This document shows, in pieces, positions 1 through 12,982 of a stretch of DNA of 64,000 nucleotides. The position numbers were made by a program, and so were the translations under genes. Positions within the stretch are counted from its first letter, which is position 1, and the number at the start of each line of letters is the position of its first letter. The DNA lies in the NCBI RefSeq assembly GCF_009914755.1, contig NC_060926.1; one strand, 5' to 3'. A model generated the notes under the pieces. That model saw only the letters and a list, made by a program, of their open reading frames with translations. It was not told the DNA's origin and did not search any database. Source of the DNA: the human T2T-CHM13v2.0 reference genome, Homo sapiens.

Positions 1-1210
1 ATTACAACCCAGCCAGGTGTGCATGTACTCAAGGTGGCACTGACACACCAGCCCCCTGCCACCTTGGCCCTCTCTGGATTTTGGGTGATAATGAGTACAG
101 GAGGGAAGACAAGGGTGGCTTCATATGGACCTGCAGGCACCCCTCAGCATGAACAGCCTAGGTACCATGGACAACATGATTGATGGTGGCAAGAGGCAGG
201 CAGGCTCCTGGGCAGAAAAGGGAAGGTCCTTGGCAAAGCCCCACCTTCAAGCCAGGGATGGCCTGAAGCCTAGAGGTTTGGCTGCCAGTTCTATGAACTG
301 GAGTGAGAACTTATGGTGCTTTTCCAGGCCCACCCATGGAGCACATGGACAGATCAGCATGGACTTCATCCCCTCTGAAGCCCATAAAAATCCTGGAGTC
401 AGCCGCAACTTGGGGATACGACCTGCCTGTGGGAAGGAGCTACCCACTCTGGCTCTCGTCTTGGCTGTGAGCTGCACACTTGTACGGATGACCTGCCTGT
501 GGAAAGGAGCTGTCCTTTGTATGTCTCCTGGGAACTGTTCAACTGCTCAATGAAGCTCCTCTCTACCTTGCTCACCCTCCAGTTGTCCGTGTACTTTGTT
601 CTTCCTGGATACAGGACAAAAACTCAGGACCTGCCAAATGGCAGGACTAAAAGAGCTGTAACAGAAACAGGGCTGAAACATGCTCCCCACCACATCCCGC
701 TCACCACATCGTAGGCAATGGGGACAGACGAGTTGTAGCCTTTCATGGAGCACAGACCTAGGGGATCCCTGAGCCAGGGCTGTGACACCCTCTGTGGAGT
801 TCTATGGTTCTTGGCATCTCCAAGCTTCCGAATGCTACTGCATTTCCCTTGTCCAGATATGGATGCCTGCAGCAGAAGCTGTATGTAGCACATCTGGTCC
901 AGCTGCAGCCTTGCACAGAGCCATCACCTGTGTTGGCATCTGGAGCTGCCTGCCCTCTGCAGCAGCTAGCCTGTCTGGCTGTGCGCAATGGCTGGGCCCC
1001 ATTCTCACTCATTTACACACCTCTCACCACTCTGTGCCTGGCTCGCCCTTGGCAGGTGTGGGATCTGGGCTGGTAACAAGACCTGAACACAGCCTGCTGG
1101 GCCGAGTGGGTGGAACAAGCCCAGTGGGCATGAGCAATACTTAGGCAGAAGGCGCCACCAGCCACAGAGGTTTCCAGCTGGTGAAGTGACACCTCAAGGA
1201 TCCTGTGACA
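1..1210 (+). mobile_element. ERV1-class LTR, MER52-like (5' end cut by window edge)
   Basis: GC-rich 1.2-kb block with motifs recalled from MER52 (ccccaccttcaagccagggatggcctgaagcc). It ends in caaggatcctgtgaca, an LTR-type CA terminus, followed by an abrupt change in composition. Confidence 0.75.
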
Positions 1211-4200
1211 CAGAGAAACAGCAGTCGAATCTCACTGGGAACATAAGGAATGCTTCAGTGAGTGACTCCTGCCAGAGTTAGATTTCGAGAAGCATAGGAG
1301 ATGGTTAGACGGAGAGGGGTTAATTTCCTAGCAAAGAGTGCTAGCAGTATATGAAAAGTAGGAGAATAGGAAACAATTCTAGAAACAGTAGGATGTGTTG
1401 AGAGGTGGAAAACAAGGACCAATATTGGGAGCCACCTAAAAATGGGATGATTTCCCTATTAACCAAGTATGAAATAAATTCACTTTGAAATGACAGAGAT
1501 GTCTTCATTAACTGAGAAAGTAAAAGCTTCATTTTGGGGCTCTTATCGGAGTAGAAGGAAGCCTCCTCAGTTTGAGGCATGGAAGAAAGGAAAACAGTCT
1601 CAATCACAAGCTCTGGATGTCAAAAACATTAGGGTGGTAGACACACATCAGGGCCTTCCTGGCACCAGGGCTCTGCAGTCCACCTTCCAGCTTCCATTTA
1701 AAATAGGGTTTCTAGAGAGGGATCATGGTGGATGGGAGACAGAACTAGATTGCAGCTCCAACTCAGGTGGACAGAGCAGTGTGTGAAGGCTTGCATAGTG
1801 AATTTTTGCTTCAGAATGACTGCAGGAATAAATCAGGAAATGTGAGAGGAACTACAGACCCTCTGAGGGAAGCAAATTGCTCTTTCAGGGCCTGGGAGAC
1901 ACCCCAAATACTGTGAGTGCCCAAACTGTGGAAACGGGAAAGGGAGGTCATCTGTCCCTGACACACATCCCTACTGGGGAGACCGAAGGTCTAGATTATG
2001 GGAGACTATTCTGACCTTACTTGGAGCTGGGTCAATTTAGAGAGCTGAGCAAAATACAGGGGTAGAGGAAGCAGTGGAAAAAGCCCTGTGAGCTTGCTGG
2101 GTTCCCTGGCAACCCATTTCTGCCTGGCCTTAGAGAGGTCCTTAAGAAAGGTGGCCAGAGATACTGGGAAAAGGCCACAGGGAGAAGGAAACCTTGAGCT
2201 GAACTTTGAAGTGATCCAGAAGTATCCTGGCCAGAGCTTGGGGGAGGGCACGAATCTGGTGTGCAGAGTCCACAGGTGGGGGAAGAAGAAAGAAAAGCCA
2301 TACTTGCTTTCACAGCTGAGAGGTGGGTAGACTGGGGCAAGTTCTCAGTCCTGCTCACTCGCTACCTGGAAACAGACTCAGTGCTGTTGGTGAGGACATC
2401 ATGAGAGAGAGACCAGCCCTTCGGATGTGTGGGAGCTGGGTGAGGCCTGTGACTGCAGGCTTTCCTGCACTTCCCTGACAACTTGCATGACATAGCAAAG
2501 ACAGCCATAATCCTCCTAGGAACATAACTCTATTTACCTGGGAACCTCACCCCCATCCTCCACAGCAGCTGCAGCTGCAGCAAGACCTGCCCAAAAAGAG
2601 TCTGAGCTCAGACATGCCTAGCTCTGCCCCCACCCACTGGTCCTTCCCTACCCACCCTGGTAACTAAAGACAAAGGGCATATAGTTTTGAGAGTTCCAGG
2701 GCCCCACCCACCACGTGTTGCTCCCCATGCTACCACAACTGATGCTCTCTGGAAAGCACCACCTCCCAGCAGGGGGCCAACCAGCACAAAAATAGTGCAT
2801 TAAACCACCAAAGCTAAGAACCCTCACAGAGTCCCTTTTGCCCCCCTCCCATCTCCACTGGAACAGGTGCTGGTATCCACGGCTGAGAGACCCATGGACA
2901 GTTCATATCACAGGACTCTGTGCAGACAAACCCCAGTACCAGCCTGGAGCCTGGTGGACTTGCTGGGTGATTAGATGCAGATGAGAGATAACAAACGCAA
3001 CAGCTCAGCTCTCAGAAGCTACATCCATAGGAAGAGGGGGAGAGTATTACATCAAGGGAACACCCCATGGGACAAAACAATCTGAACAACAACCTTCAGC
3101 CCTAGACCTTCTCTCTGACAGAGCCAACCCAAATGAGAAGGAACCAGAAAACCAACTCTGGTAATATGACAGAACAAGGTTCTCTAACACTCCACTAAAA
3201 TCACACTAGCTCAACGGCAATGGATTGAAACCAAGAAGAAATCCCTGATTTACCTGAAAAAAATTTCAGGAGGTTAGTTATTAAGCTAATCAGGGAGGCA
3301 CCAGAGAAAGTCAAAGCCCATGTAAGGAAATACAGAAAATGCTACAAGAAGTGAAGGGACAAATATTCAAGGATATAGATAACATAAATTAAAAAAATCA
3401 AAACTCCAGGAAACAATGGACACACTTATAGAAATGCAAATGCTCAGGAATGTCACAACAATAGAATTGAACAAGTAGAAGAAAGAAATTCAGAGCTCAA
3501 AGACAAGGTCTTCAAATTAACCCAATCCACCAAAGATAAAGAAAAAAGAATAAAAATATATGAATAAATCTCCAGTAAATCTGGGATTATGTTAGACAAC
3601 CAAACCTAAGAATGATCAGCATTCCTAGGGAAGAAGAGAAATCTAAAAATTTGGCAAATATATTTGGAGGAATAACCAAGGAAAACTTCCCTGGCCTTGC
3701 AAGAGACCTAGATATCCAAATACTTGAAACACACACACGCAAAAAAAACCTGGGAAATTCGTCACAAAAAGATCATTGCCTAGGCACAATGTCAACAGGT
3801 TATCTAAAGTTAAGATGATGGAAACAATCTTAAGAGCTATAAGACAAAAGCACCAGGTAACTTATAAAGGAAAACTTACCAGATTAACAGCATATTTCTC
3901 AGCAGAAATCCTACAAGCTAGAAGGGATTGAGGCCCTATCTCCACCCTCCACAAACAAAACAATTACAAGCTGTGAATTTTGTATCCAGCAAAGCTAAGA
4001 TTCATATATGAAGGAAAGATACAGTCTTCTTCAGATTAACAAATGCTGAGAGAATTTGTCACTACCAAGCCACCACTATAAGAACTGCTAAAAATTCCTG
4101 GGCAAGATTGCCAAATAGGAATAGCTCTGGTCTGCAGCTTCCAGCAAGATCAATGCAGAAGGCGGGTGCTTTCTACATTTCCAACAGAGGTACCAGGCTC

Positions 4201-5467
4201 ATCTCATTGGGACTGCTTAGACAGTGGGTACAGCCCACTGAGGGCAAGCAGAAGTAGGGTGAGGCGTCACCTCACTGGGGAAGCAGAAGCAGGGTGGGAC
4301 GTCACCTCACTGGGGAAGTGCAGGGGGTAGGGGAACTCCCTCCTCTAGCCAAGGGAAGCCATGAGGGACTGTGCCATGAGGAATGGTGCACTCTGGCCCA
4401 GATACTATGCTTTTCCAATAGTCTTTGCAATGCTCAAACAGGAGATTCCCTCAGGTGCCTACACTACCAGGGCCCTGGGTTTCAAGCACAAAACTGGTTG
4501 GCCATTTGGGCAGGCACCAAGATAGCTGCAGGAGATTTTTTTCATATCCCAGTGGCACCTGGAACACCAACGAGACAGAACTGTTTACTCTCCTGGGAAG
4601 GGGGCGGAAGCCAGGGAGCCGAGTGGTCTAGCTCAGTGGATCCCACACCCATGGAGCCCTTTCAGCTAAGATCCACTGGCTTGAAACTCTCACAGCCAGC
4701 ACAGCAGTCTGAAGTCAACCTGAGACATTCAAGCTTGCTGGAGGGAGGCGCGTTGTGTTGGCCATTACTGAGGCTTGAGTAGGTGGATTTCCCCTCACAG
4801 TGTAAACAAAGCTGCCAGAAAAGTTCAAAATGGGTAGATCCCACTGCAGCTATACAGCCACTGTATCCAGACTGCCTCTCTTGATTCCTTCTATCTGGGC
4901 AGCGCATCTCTGAAAGAAAGGAAGCAGCCCCAGTCAGGGGCTTATAGATAAACTCCCATCTCCCTGGGATGGAGCAACTGGGGGAAGGGGCAACTGTGGG
5001 CGCAGCATCAGCAGACTTAAACGTTCCTGCCTGCCAGCTCTGAAAAGAGCAGCGAATCTCCCAGCACAGTGCTCGAGCTCCGCTAAGGGACAGACGGCCT
5101 CCTTGAGTGGGTCCCTCACCCCCGTACCTCCTGACAGGGAGACACCTCCCAGTAGGGGTCAATAGACACCTCATAGATAAGAGCTTTGGCTGGCATCTGG
5201 TGGGTGCCCCTCCGGGATGAAGCTTCCAGAGGAAGGAACGGGTAACAATCTTTGCTGTTCTGCAGCCTCCGATGGTGATACACAGGCAAACAGGGCCTGG
5301 AGTGGACCTCCAGCAAATTCCAGCAGACCTGCAGCACAGGGACCTGACTGTGAAAAGGGAAAATAAACAGAAAGGAATAGCAAAACATAAACAAAAAGGA
5401 CATCCACACATAAACCACATCCGAAGGTCACCAACATCAGAGAACAAATGTAGATAAATTGAAGAAG

Positions 5468-6492
5468 ATGAGGAAAAACCAGCACAAAAAGATTGAAAAT
5501 TCCAAAAACCAGAAAGCCACTTCTCCTCCAAAGGATCACAATTCCTCACCAGCAAGGGAGCAAAACTGAATGGAGAATGAGTTTGACGAATTGACAGAAG
5601 TAGGCTTCAGAAAGTGGGTAATAACAAACTCCTCCAAGCTAAAGGAGCATGTTCTAATCCAATGCAAGGAAGCTAAGACTTGAAAAAAAGGTTAGAGGAA
5701 TTACTAATTAGAATAACCAGGTTAGAGAAGAACATAAATGACATGATGGAGCTGAAAAAAACAGCATGAGAACTTCATGAAGGATACAAAAGTATCAATC
5801 GCTGAATCAATCAAGCAGAAGAAAGGATATCAGAAATTGAAGATCAACTTAATGAAATAAAGTGTGGAGACAAGATTAGAGAAAAAAGAAAAAAAAAGGA
5901 ATGAACAAAGCCTCCAAAAAATATAAAACTATGTGAAAAGACAAAACCTACATTTGTTTGGTGTACCTGAAAGTGACAGGGAGAATGGAGCCAAGTTGTA
6001 AAACACCCTTCAGGATATTATCCAGAACTTCCCCATTTGCTAGCAGGGCAGGCCAACATTCAAATTCTGGAAATACAGAGAACACCACAAAGATACTCCT
6101 GGAGAAGAGCAACCTCAAGACACATAATCATCAGATTCACCAAGGATGAAATGAGAGAAAAAATGTTAAGGGCAGCCAGAGAGAAAGTTCAGGTTACCAA
6201 CAAAGGGAAGCCCATCAGACCAACAGCAGATCTCTCTGCAGAAACCCTCCATAGCAGAAGAGAGTGGGGCCCAATATCCAGCATTCTTAAAGAAAAGAAT
6301 TTTCAACCCAGAATTTCATATCATGCCAAATTAAGCTTCATAATTGAAGGATAAATAAAATTCTTTAAAGACAAGCAAATACTGAAAGATTTTGTCACCA
6401 CCAGGCCTGCTTTAAAAGAGCTCCTGAAGGAAGCACTAAATATGGAAAGGAAAAACCAGTACCAGTCACTGCAAAAACATACCAAATTGTAA
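5468..6492 (+). pseudogene. Disrupted L1 ORF1 (RNA-binding protein) of the L1PA7-like element
   Basis: Fragments such as HIIIRFTKDEMREKMLRAAREK and KNFQPRISY, with multiple stops and frameshifts. Confidence 0.9.
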
Positions 6493-6555
6493 AGACCATC
6501 AACACTATGAAGAAACTGCATGAACTAACAGGCAAAATAACCAGCTAGCATCATA

Positions 6556-9500
6556 ATGACAGGATCAAATCCACACATAACAATATTAACCTTAAATTTA
6601 AATGGGCTAAATGCCCCAATTAAAAGACACAGACTGGCAAATTGGGTAAGAAGTCAAGACCCATCGGTGTGCTGTATTCAGGAGACCCATCTCACGTGCA
6701 AAGACACACATAGGCTCAAAATGAAGGGTTGGAGGAACATTTACCAAGCAAATGGAAAGCAAAAACAAAACAAAACAAAACAAAAAACAAAACAAAACAA
6801 AAAACCCTCATGTGCTGCAATCCTAGCCTCTGATAAAACAGACTTTAAACCAACAAAGATTAAAAAAAGACAAAGAAGGGAATTACATAATGGTAAAGGG
6901 ATCAATGCAAGAAGAGGAGCTAACTCTCCTAAATTTATATGCACCCAATACAGGAGCACTCAGATTCATAAAGCAAGTTCTTAGAGACCTACAGAGAGAC
7001 TTAGACACCCACACAATAATAGTGGGAGACTTTAACACCCCACTGTCAGTATTAGACAGACAAACGAGACAGAAAATTAACAAGGATATTCATGACTTGA
7101 ACTCAGCTCTGGACCAAGCAGACGTAACAGACATCTACAGGACTCCACCCCAGATCAACAGAGTATAAATTCTTCTCAGCACCACATTGTACTTATTCTA
7201 AAATTGACCACATAACTGGAAGTAAAACACTCCTCAGCAAATGCAAAAGGACAGAAATCATAATAGTCTCTCAGACCACATTGCAATCAAATTAGAACTC
7301 AGGATTAGAAACTCATGAAAAACCACACAACTACATGGAAACTGAACAACCTGCTTCCGAATGACTATGGGGTAAATAACAAAATGAAGGCAGAAATAAA
7401 GAAGTTCTAAATCAATGAGAAAAAAACACAACATACCAGAATCTCCGGGACACAGCTAAAGTCATGCTTAGAGGGAAATTTACAGCACTAAATGCCCACA
7501 GGAGAAAGCAGGAAAGATCTAAAATAAACAGCCTAGCATCACAATTAAAAGAACTAGAAAAGCAAGAGCAAACAAATTCAAAAGCTAGCAGAAAGCAAGA
7601 AATAACTAAGATCAGAGCAGAACAGAAAGAGGTAGAGACACGAAAATCCCTTCAAAAAATCAATGAATCCAGGAGCTGGTTTTTTGAAAAGATTAACAAA
7701 ATGGATAGATTGCTAGCTTGATTAATACAGGAGAAAAGAGAGAAGAATCAAATACACACAATAAAAAATGATAAAGGGGATATCACCACTGATCACATGG
7801 AAATACAAACTACCATCAGAGAATACTACGAACACCTCTACACAAATAAACTAGAAAATCTAGAAGAAATTGATAAATTCCTAGACACATACACCTTTCC
7901 AAGACTAAACCAAGAAGAAGTCGAATCCCTGAATAGAACAATAACAATTTCTGAAATCGAGAAAGTAATTAATAGCCTACCAACTAAAAAAAGCCCAGGA
8001 CCAGACGGATTCACAGCTGAATTCCATGAGAGGTAGAAAGAGGAGCTGATATCATTCCTTCTGAAAATATTCCAAGCAATAGAAAAAGACAGACTCCTCC
8101 CTAACTCATTTTATGAAGCCAGCATTATCCTGATACCAAAACCTGGCAGAGACAACAAAAAAAGAAAATTTCAGGCCAATATCCCTGATGAGCATCGATG
8201 CAAAAATCTTCAATAAACACTGGCAAACTGAATCCAGCAGCACAACAAAAAGCTTATCCACCAAAGAGAACAAATTTAAAAACTACATGATTATCTCAAT
8301 AGATGCAGAAAGACGTTTGATAAAGTTCAACACCCCTACATGCTAAAAACTCTCAATAAACTAGGTATTGATGGAAGGTATTTCCAAATAATAAGAACTA
8401 TTTGTGACAAACCCATAGCCAATATCATACTGAATGGGCAAAAGCTGGAGGCATTCCCTTTGAAAACCAGCACAAGACAAGGATGCCCTCTCTCACCACT
8501 CCTATTCAACATATTATTGGAAGTTCTGGCCAGGGCAATCAGGCAAGATAAGGAAATAAAGGGTATTTAAATGGAAAGAGAGGAAGTCAAAATGCCTCTG
8601 TTTGCAGATGACATGATTGTATATTTAGAAAACTTCATCATCTCAGCCCCAAATCTGTTTAAGTTGGTAAGCAACTTCAGCAAAGCCTTAGGATGCAAAG
8701 TCACTGTGCAAAATCACAAGCATTCCTAAACACCAATAACAGATTAACAGAGAGTCAAATCATGAGTGAACTCCCATTCACAACTGCTACAAAGAGAATA
8801 AAATACCTAGGAATACAACTTACAAGGGATGTGAAGGACCTCTTCAAGAAGAACTACAAACCACTGCTCAAGGAAGTAAGAGAGGACACAAACAAATGGA
8901 AAAACATTCCATGCTCATGGATAGGAAGAATCAATATTGTGAACATGGCCATACTGCCCAAAGGAATTTATAGATTCAATGCTATATCCATCAAGCTACC
9001 AATGACTTTCTTCACAGAATTAGAAAAAATACTTTAAATTTCATATTGAATCTAAAACAAGCTTCTATAGCCAAGACAATTCTAAGCAAAAAGAACAAAG
9101 CTGGCAGCATTATGCTACCTGACTTCAAACTATACTACAAGGCTCCAGTAACCAAAACAGCATGGTACTGGTACCAAAACAGATATATAGACCAATGGAA
9201 CAGAACAGAAGCCTCAGAAATAAAGCCACACATCTACAATCATCAGATCTTTGACAAACCTGACAAAAACAAGCAATGGGGAAATGATTCCCTATTTAAT
9301 AAATGGTGTTGGGAAACTGACTAGCCATATGCAGAAAACTGAAGCTGGATCCCTTCCTTACACCTTTTACAAAAATAACTCAAGAGGAATTAAAGAATTA
9401 AACATAAGACCTAAAGGCATTAACATCCTAGAAGAAAACCTAGGCAATACCACTCAGGACATAGGCATTGGCAAAGACTTCATGACTAAAACACCAAAAC

Positions 9501-10318
9501 CAATGGCAACAAAAGCCAAGATTGACAAATGGGATCTAAATAAAGAGCTCCTGCACAGCAAAATAAACTCTCATCGGAGTGAACAGGCAACTTTACAGGA
9601 TGGGAGAAATTTTTTGCAATCTATTCATCTGACAAAGGGTGAATAATATCCAGAATCTACAAAGAACTCAAACAAATTTACAAGAAAAAAAACAACCCCA
9701 TCAAAAAGTGGGTGAAGGATATGAACAGACACTTCTCAAAAGAAGACATTTATACAGCCAACAAACATATGAAAAAATGCTCATCATCACTGGTCATTAG
9801 AAAAATGCAAATCAAAACCACAATGAGATACCATCTCACGCCAGTTAGCATGGCAGTCATTAAAAAGTTAGGAAACAACAGATGCTGGAGAGGATGTGGA
9901 GAAATAGGAACACTTTTACACTGTTGGTGGGAGTAAATTATTTCAACCATTGTGAAAGACAGTGTGGTGATTCCTCAAGGATCTAGAACCAGAAATACCA
10001 CTTGACCCAGTATTCTTATTACTGGGTCTATACCCAAAGGATTATAAATCATGCTGCTATAAAGGCACATGCACACGTATGTTTATTGCAGCACTATTCA
10101 CAATAGCAAAGATTTGGAACCAACCCAAATGTCCTTCAATGATAGACTGGATAAAGAAAATGTGGCACATGTACACCATGGAATACTATATAGCCATAGA
10201 AAAGGATAAGTTCATGTCCTTTGCAGGAATATGGATGAAGCTGGAAACCATTTTCAGCAGACTAACACAGGAACAGAAAACCAAACACCACAAATTCTCA
10301 CTCATAGTGGGAGTTTAA
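6556..10318 (+). pseudogene. Disrupted L1 ORF2 (endonuclease/reverse transcriptase) of the L1PA7-like element
   Basis: MTGSNPHITILTLNLNGLN start, [19 protein letters not shown] coding (tttgcagatgac ~8601), C-terminal [16 protein letters not shown]. Many stops and a ~75-bp deletion near 8263. Confidence 0.92.
6760..6805 (+). repeat. (CAAAA)n microsatellite expanded in the ORF2 endonuclease A-tract
   Basis: aaaaacaaaacaaaacaaaacaaaaaacaaaacaaaacaaaaaac; the equivalent site in the younger L1 (14263-14275) is a short A-tract. Confidence 0.9.
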
Positions 10319-12078
10319 CAATGAGAACAAATGGACACAGGGAGGGGAACATCACACACCAGGGCCTGTCAGGGGGTGGGGGGCTAGGGGAAGGGATAGC
10401 ATTAGGAGAAATACCTAATGCAGGTGATGGATTGATGGGTGCAGCAAACCACCATGGCACATGTTTACCCATGTAACAAAACTGCATGTTCTGCACATGT
10501 ATCCCAGAACTTACAGTATTAAAAAAAAAAAAAAGCAACTGCTAAAAGGAGCCCTAAACCTTGAAACAAATCCAGGAAAAACATCAAAACAGAATGTCTT
10601 TAAAGCATAAATCTAACAGGGTCTATAAAACAAAAATACAACTTAAAAAACAAGACAAAAACCAAGGTATACAAGCAAATAGCACGATGAATGGAATGGC
10701 ACATCACATCTCAATACTAACATTGAATTTAAACTGCCTAAATGCTCCGCTTAAAAGATACAGGATTGCAGAATGGATAAGAATTCACCAACCCACTATC
10801 TGCTGCTTTCAAGAGATATACCTAACACATAAGGACTCACACAAACTTAAGGTAAAGACTTGGAAATAGATATTTCATGCAAATAGACACCAAAAGTGAG
10901 TGGGAGTAGCTATTCTTATATCAGACAAAACAAACTTTAAAGCAACAGCAGTTAAAAAAGACAAAGGGGGACATTATATAATGATGAACAGCCTTGTCCA
11001 ACAGGAAAATATCACAATCCTAAACATACATGCACCTAACACTGGAGCTCCCAATTTCATAAAACAGCTACCAATAGACCTAAGAAGTGAGATAGACAGG
11101 AACACAATAACAATGGGGGACTTTAATACTCCACTTATAGCACTGGACAGGTCATCAAGATAGAAAATCAACAAAGAAACAATGGATTTAAACTATATCC
11201 TGGGACAAATGGACATAACATATATATACAGAATGTTCCATCCAAAAACTACAGAATATACATTCTGTTCAACAGTGCATGGAAATTTTTCCAAGATAGA
11301 TCATATGATAGGCCACAAAATGAGCATCAAGAAATTTATGAAAATTGAAATTATATCAAGCACTGTCTCAGATCACAGTGGAATAAAACTGGAAATTAAC
11401 TCCAAAAGAAGTCTTCAAAACCATGCAAATACATGAAAGTTAAACAACTGGCTCCTGAATGACCACTGGGTCAAAAATGAAATCAAGACGGAAATTAACA
11501 ATTTTTTTGAACTGAATGACAATAGTGACACAGTCTATCAAAACCTCTGGAATACAGCAAATGCACTGCTAAGAGGAAAGTTCATAGACATAAACACCTA
11601 CATCAAAAAGTCAGAAAGAGCACAAACAGACAATCTAAGGTCACACTTCAAGCAAATAGAGAAACAAGAACAAACCAAACCCCAACCCAGCAGAATAAAG
11701 ACAATAACCAAGATCAGAGCAGAACTAAATGAACTTGAAACAAAGAAACAAACAAAAACAATACAAAAGATAAACAAAATCTGGTTCTTTGAAAAGATCA
11801 ATAAAATTGATAGATCATTAGCATGATCAACCAAGAAGAGAGAAAATCCAAATAAGCTCAATAAGAAATGAAATGGGAGATATTACAACTGACACCATAG
11901 AAATAAAGATTATCCAAGGCTACTATAAACACCTTTATGCACATAAACCACAAGACCTAGAAGAGATGGATAAATTCCTGGAAAGATAGAACCCTCCTAG
12001 CTTAAATCAGGAAGAATTAGATACCCTGAACAGACCAATAACAAGCAGCAAGATTGAAATGGTAATTAAAAAATTACA

Positions 12079-12982
12079 GGGGGGAGGAGCCAAGATGGCC
12101 GAATAGGAACAGCTCCGGTCTACAGCTCCCAGCGTGAGCGACGCAGAAGACAGGTGATTTCTGCATTTCCATCTGAAGTACCAGGTTCATCTCACTAGGG
12201 AGTGCCAGACAGTGGGTGCAGGTCAGTGGGTGCGTGCACTGTGCGCGAGCCGAAGCAGGGCGAGGCATTGCCTCACTCAGGAAGTGCACAGGGTCAGGGA
12301 GTTCCCTTTCCTAGTCAAAGAAAGGGGTGACGGACGGCACCTGGAAAATCAAGTCACTCCCACCAGAATACTGCGCTTTTCTGATGGGCTTAAAAAACGG
12401 CGCACCACGAGATTATATTCCGCACCTGGCTCTGAGGATCCTATGCCCACTAAGTCTCGCTGATTGCTAGCACAGCAGTCTGAGATCAAACTGCAAGGCA
12501 GCAGTGAGGCTGGGGGAGGGGCGCCCGCCATTGCCCAGGCTTGCTTAGGTAAACAAAGCAGCCGGGTAGCTCGAACTGGGTGGAGCCCACCACAGCTCAA
12601 GGAGGCCTGCATCTGTAGGCTCCACCTCTGGGGGCAGGGCACAGACAAACAAAAAGACAGCAGTAACCTCTGCAGACTTAAATGTCCCTGTCTGACAGCC
12701 TTGAAGAGAGCAGTGGTTCTCCCAGTACACAGCTGGAGATCTGAGAACAGGCAGACCGCCTCCTCAAGTGGGTCCCTGACCCCTGACCCCTGAGCAGCCT
12801 AACTGGGAGGCACCCCCCAGCAGGGGCACACTGAAATCTCACACGGCCGGGTACTCCAACAGACCTGCAGCTGAGGGTCCTGTCTGTTAGAAGGAAAACT
12901 AACAAACAGAAAGGACATCCACACCAAAAACCCATCTGTACATCACCATCATCAAAGACCAAAAGTAGATAAAACCACAAAG
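12079..12982. promoter_or_regulatory. L1 5'UTR internal sense promoter and antisense promoter region, with intact YY1 site (caagatggcc, 12091-12100)
   Basis: Canonical young-L1 5'UTR, still partly CpG-rich. Activity cannot be judged from sequence. Confidence 0.75.
12349..12531 (-). pseudogene. L1 ORF0 (antisense primate L1 ORF), truncated at 60 aa
   Basis: MAGAPPPASLLPCSLISDCCASNQRDLVGIGSSEPGAEYNLVVRRFLSPSEKRSILVGVT*. The ATG is at element position 453, and TGA replaces the Arg codon at position 61. Confidence 0.88.

Larger units (their letters stand above)
4094..10536 (+). mobile_element. Full-length L1PA7-like LINE-1 inserted near the end of host ORF1
   Basis: ~1.37-kb 5'UTR starting attcctgggcaagattgccaaatagga, ORF1 5468-6492, 63-nt spacer, ORF2 6556-10318, 3'UTR ending gtatcccagaac, poly(A). 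TSD core aactgctaaaa at 4083-4093 and 10537-10547. Confidence 0.93.

Noticed and set aside
125-1144. Several 70-142 aa ORFs
   Set aside because: They lie inside a MER52-like LTR, overlap on both strands and show no protein motifs.
4662-5555. 297-aa minus-strand ORF, the longest in the track
   Set aside because: It is antisense to the GC-rich L1 5'UTR, has no recognisable domain, and is best explained by low stop-codon density.
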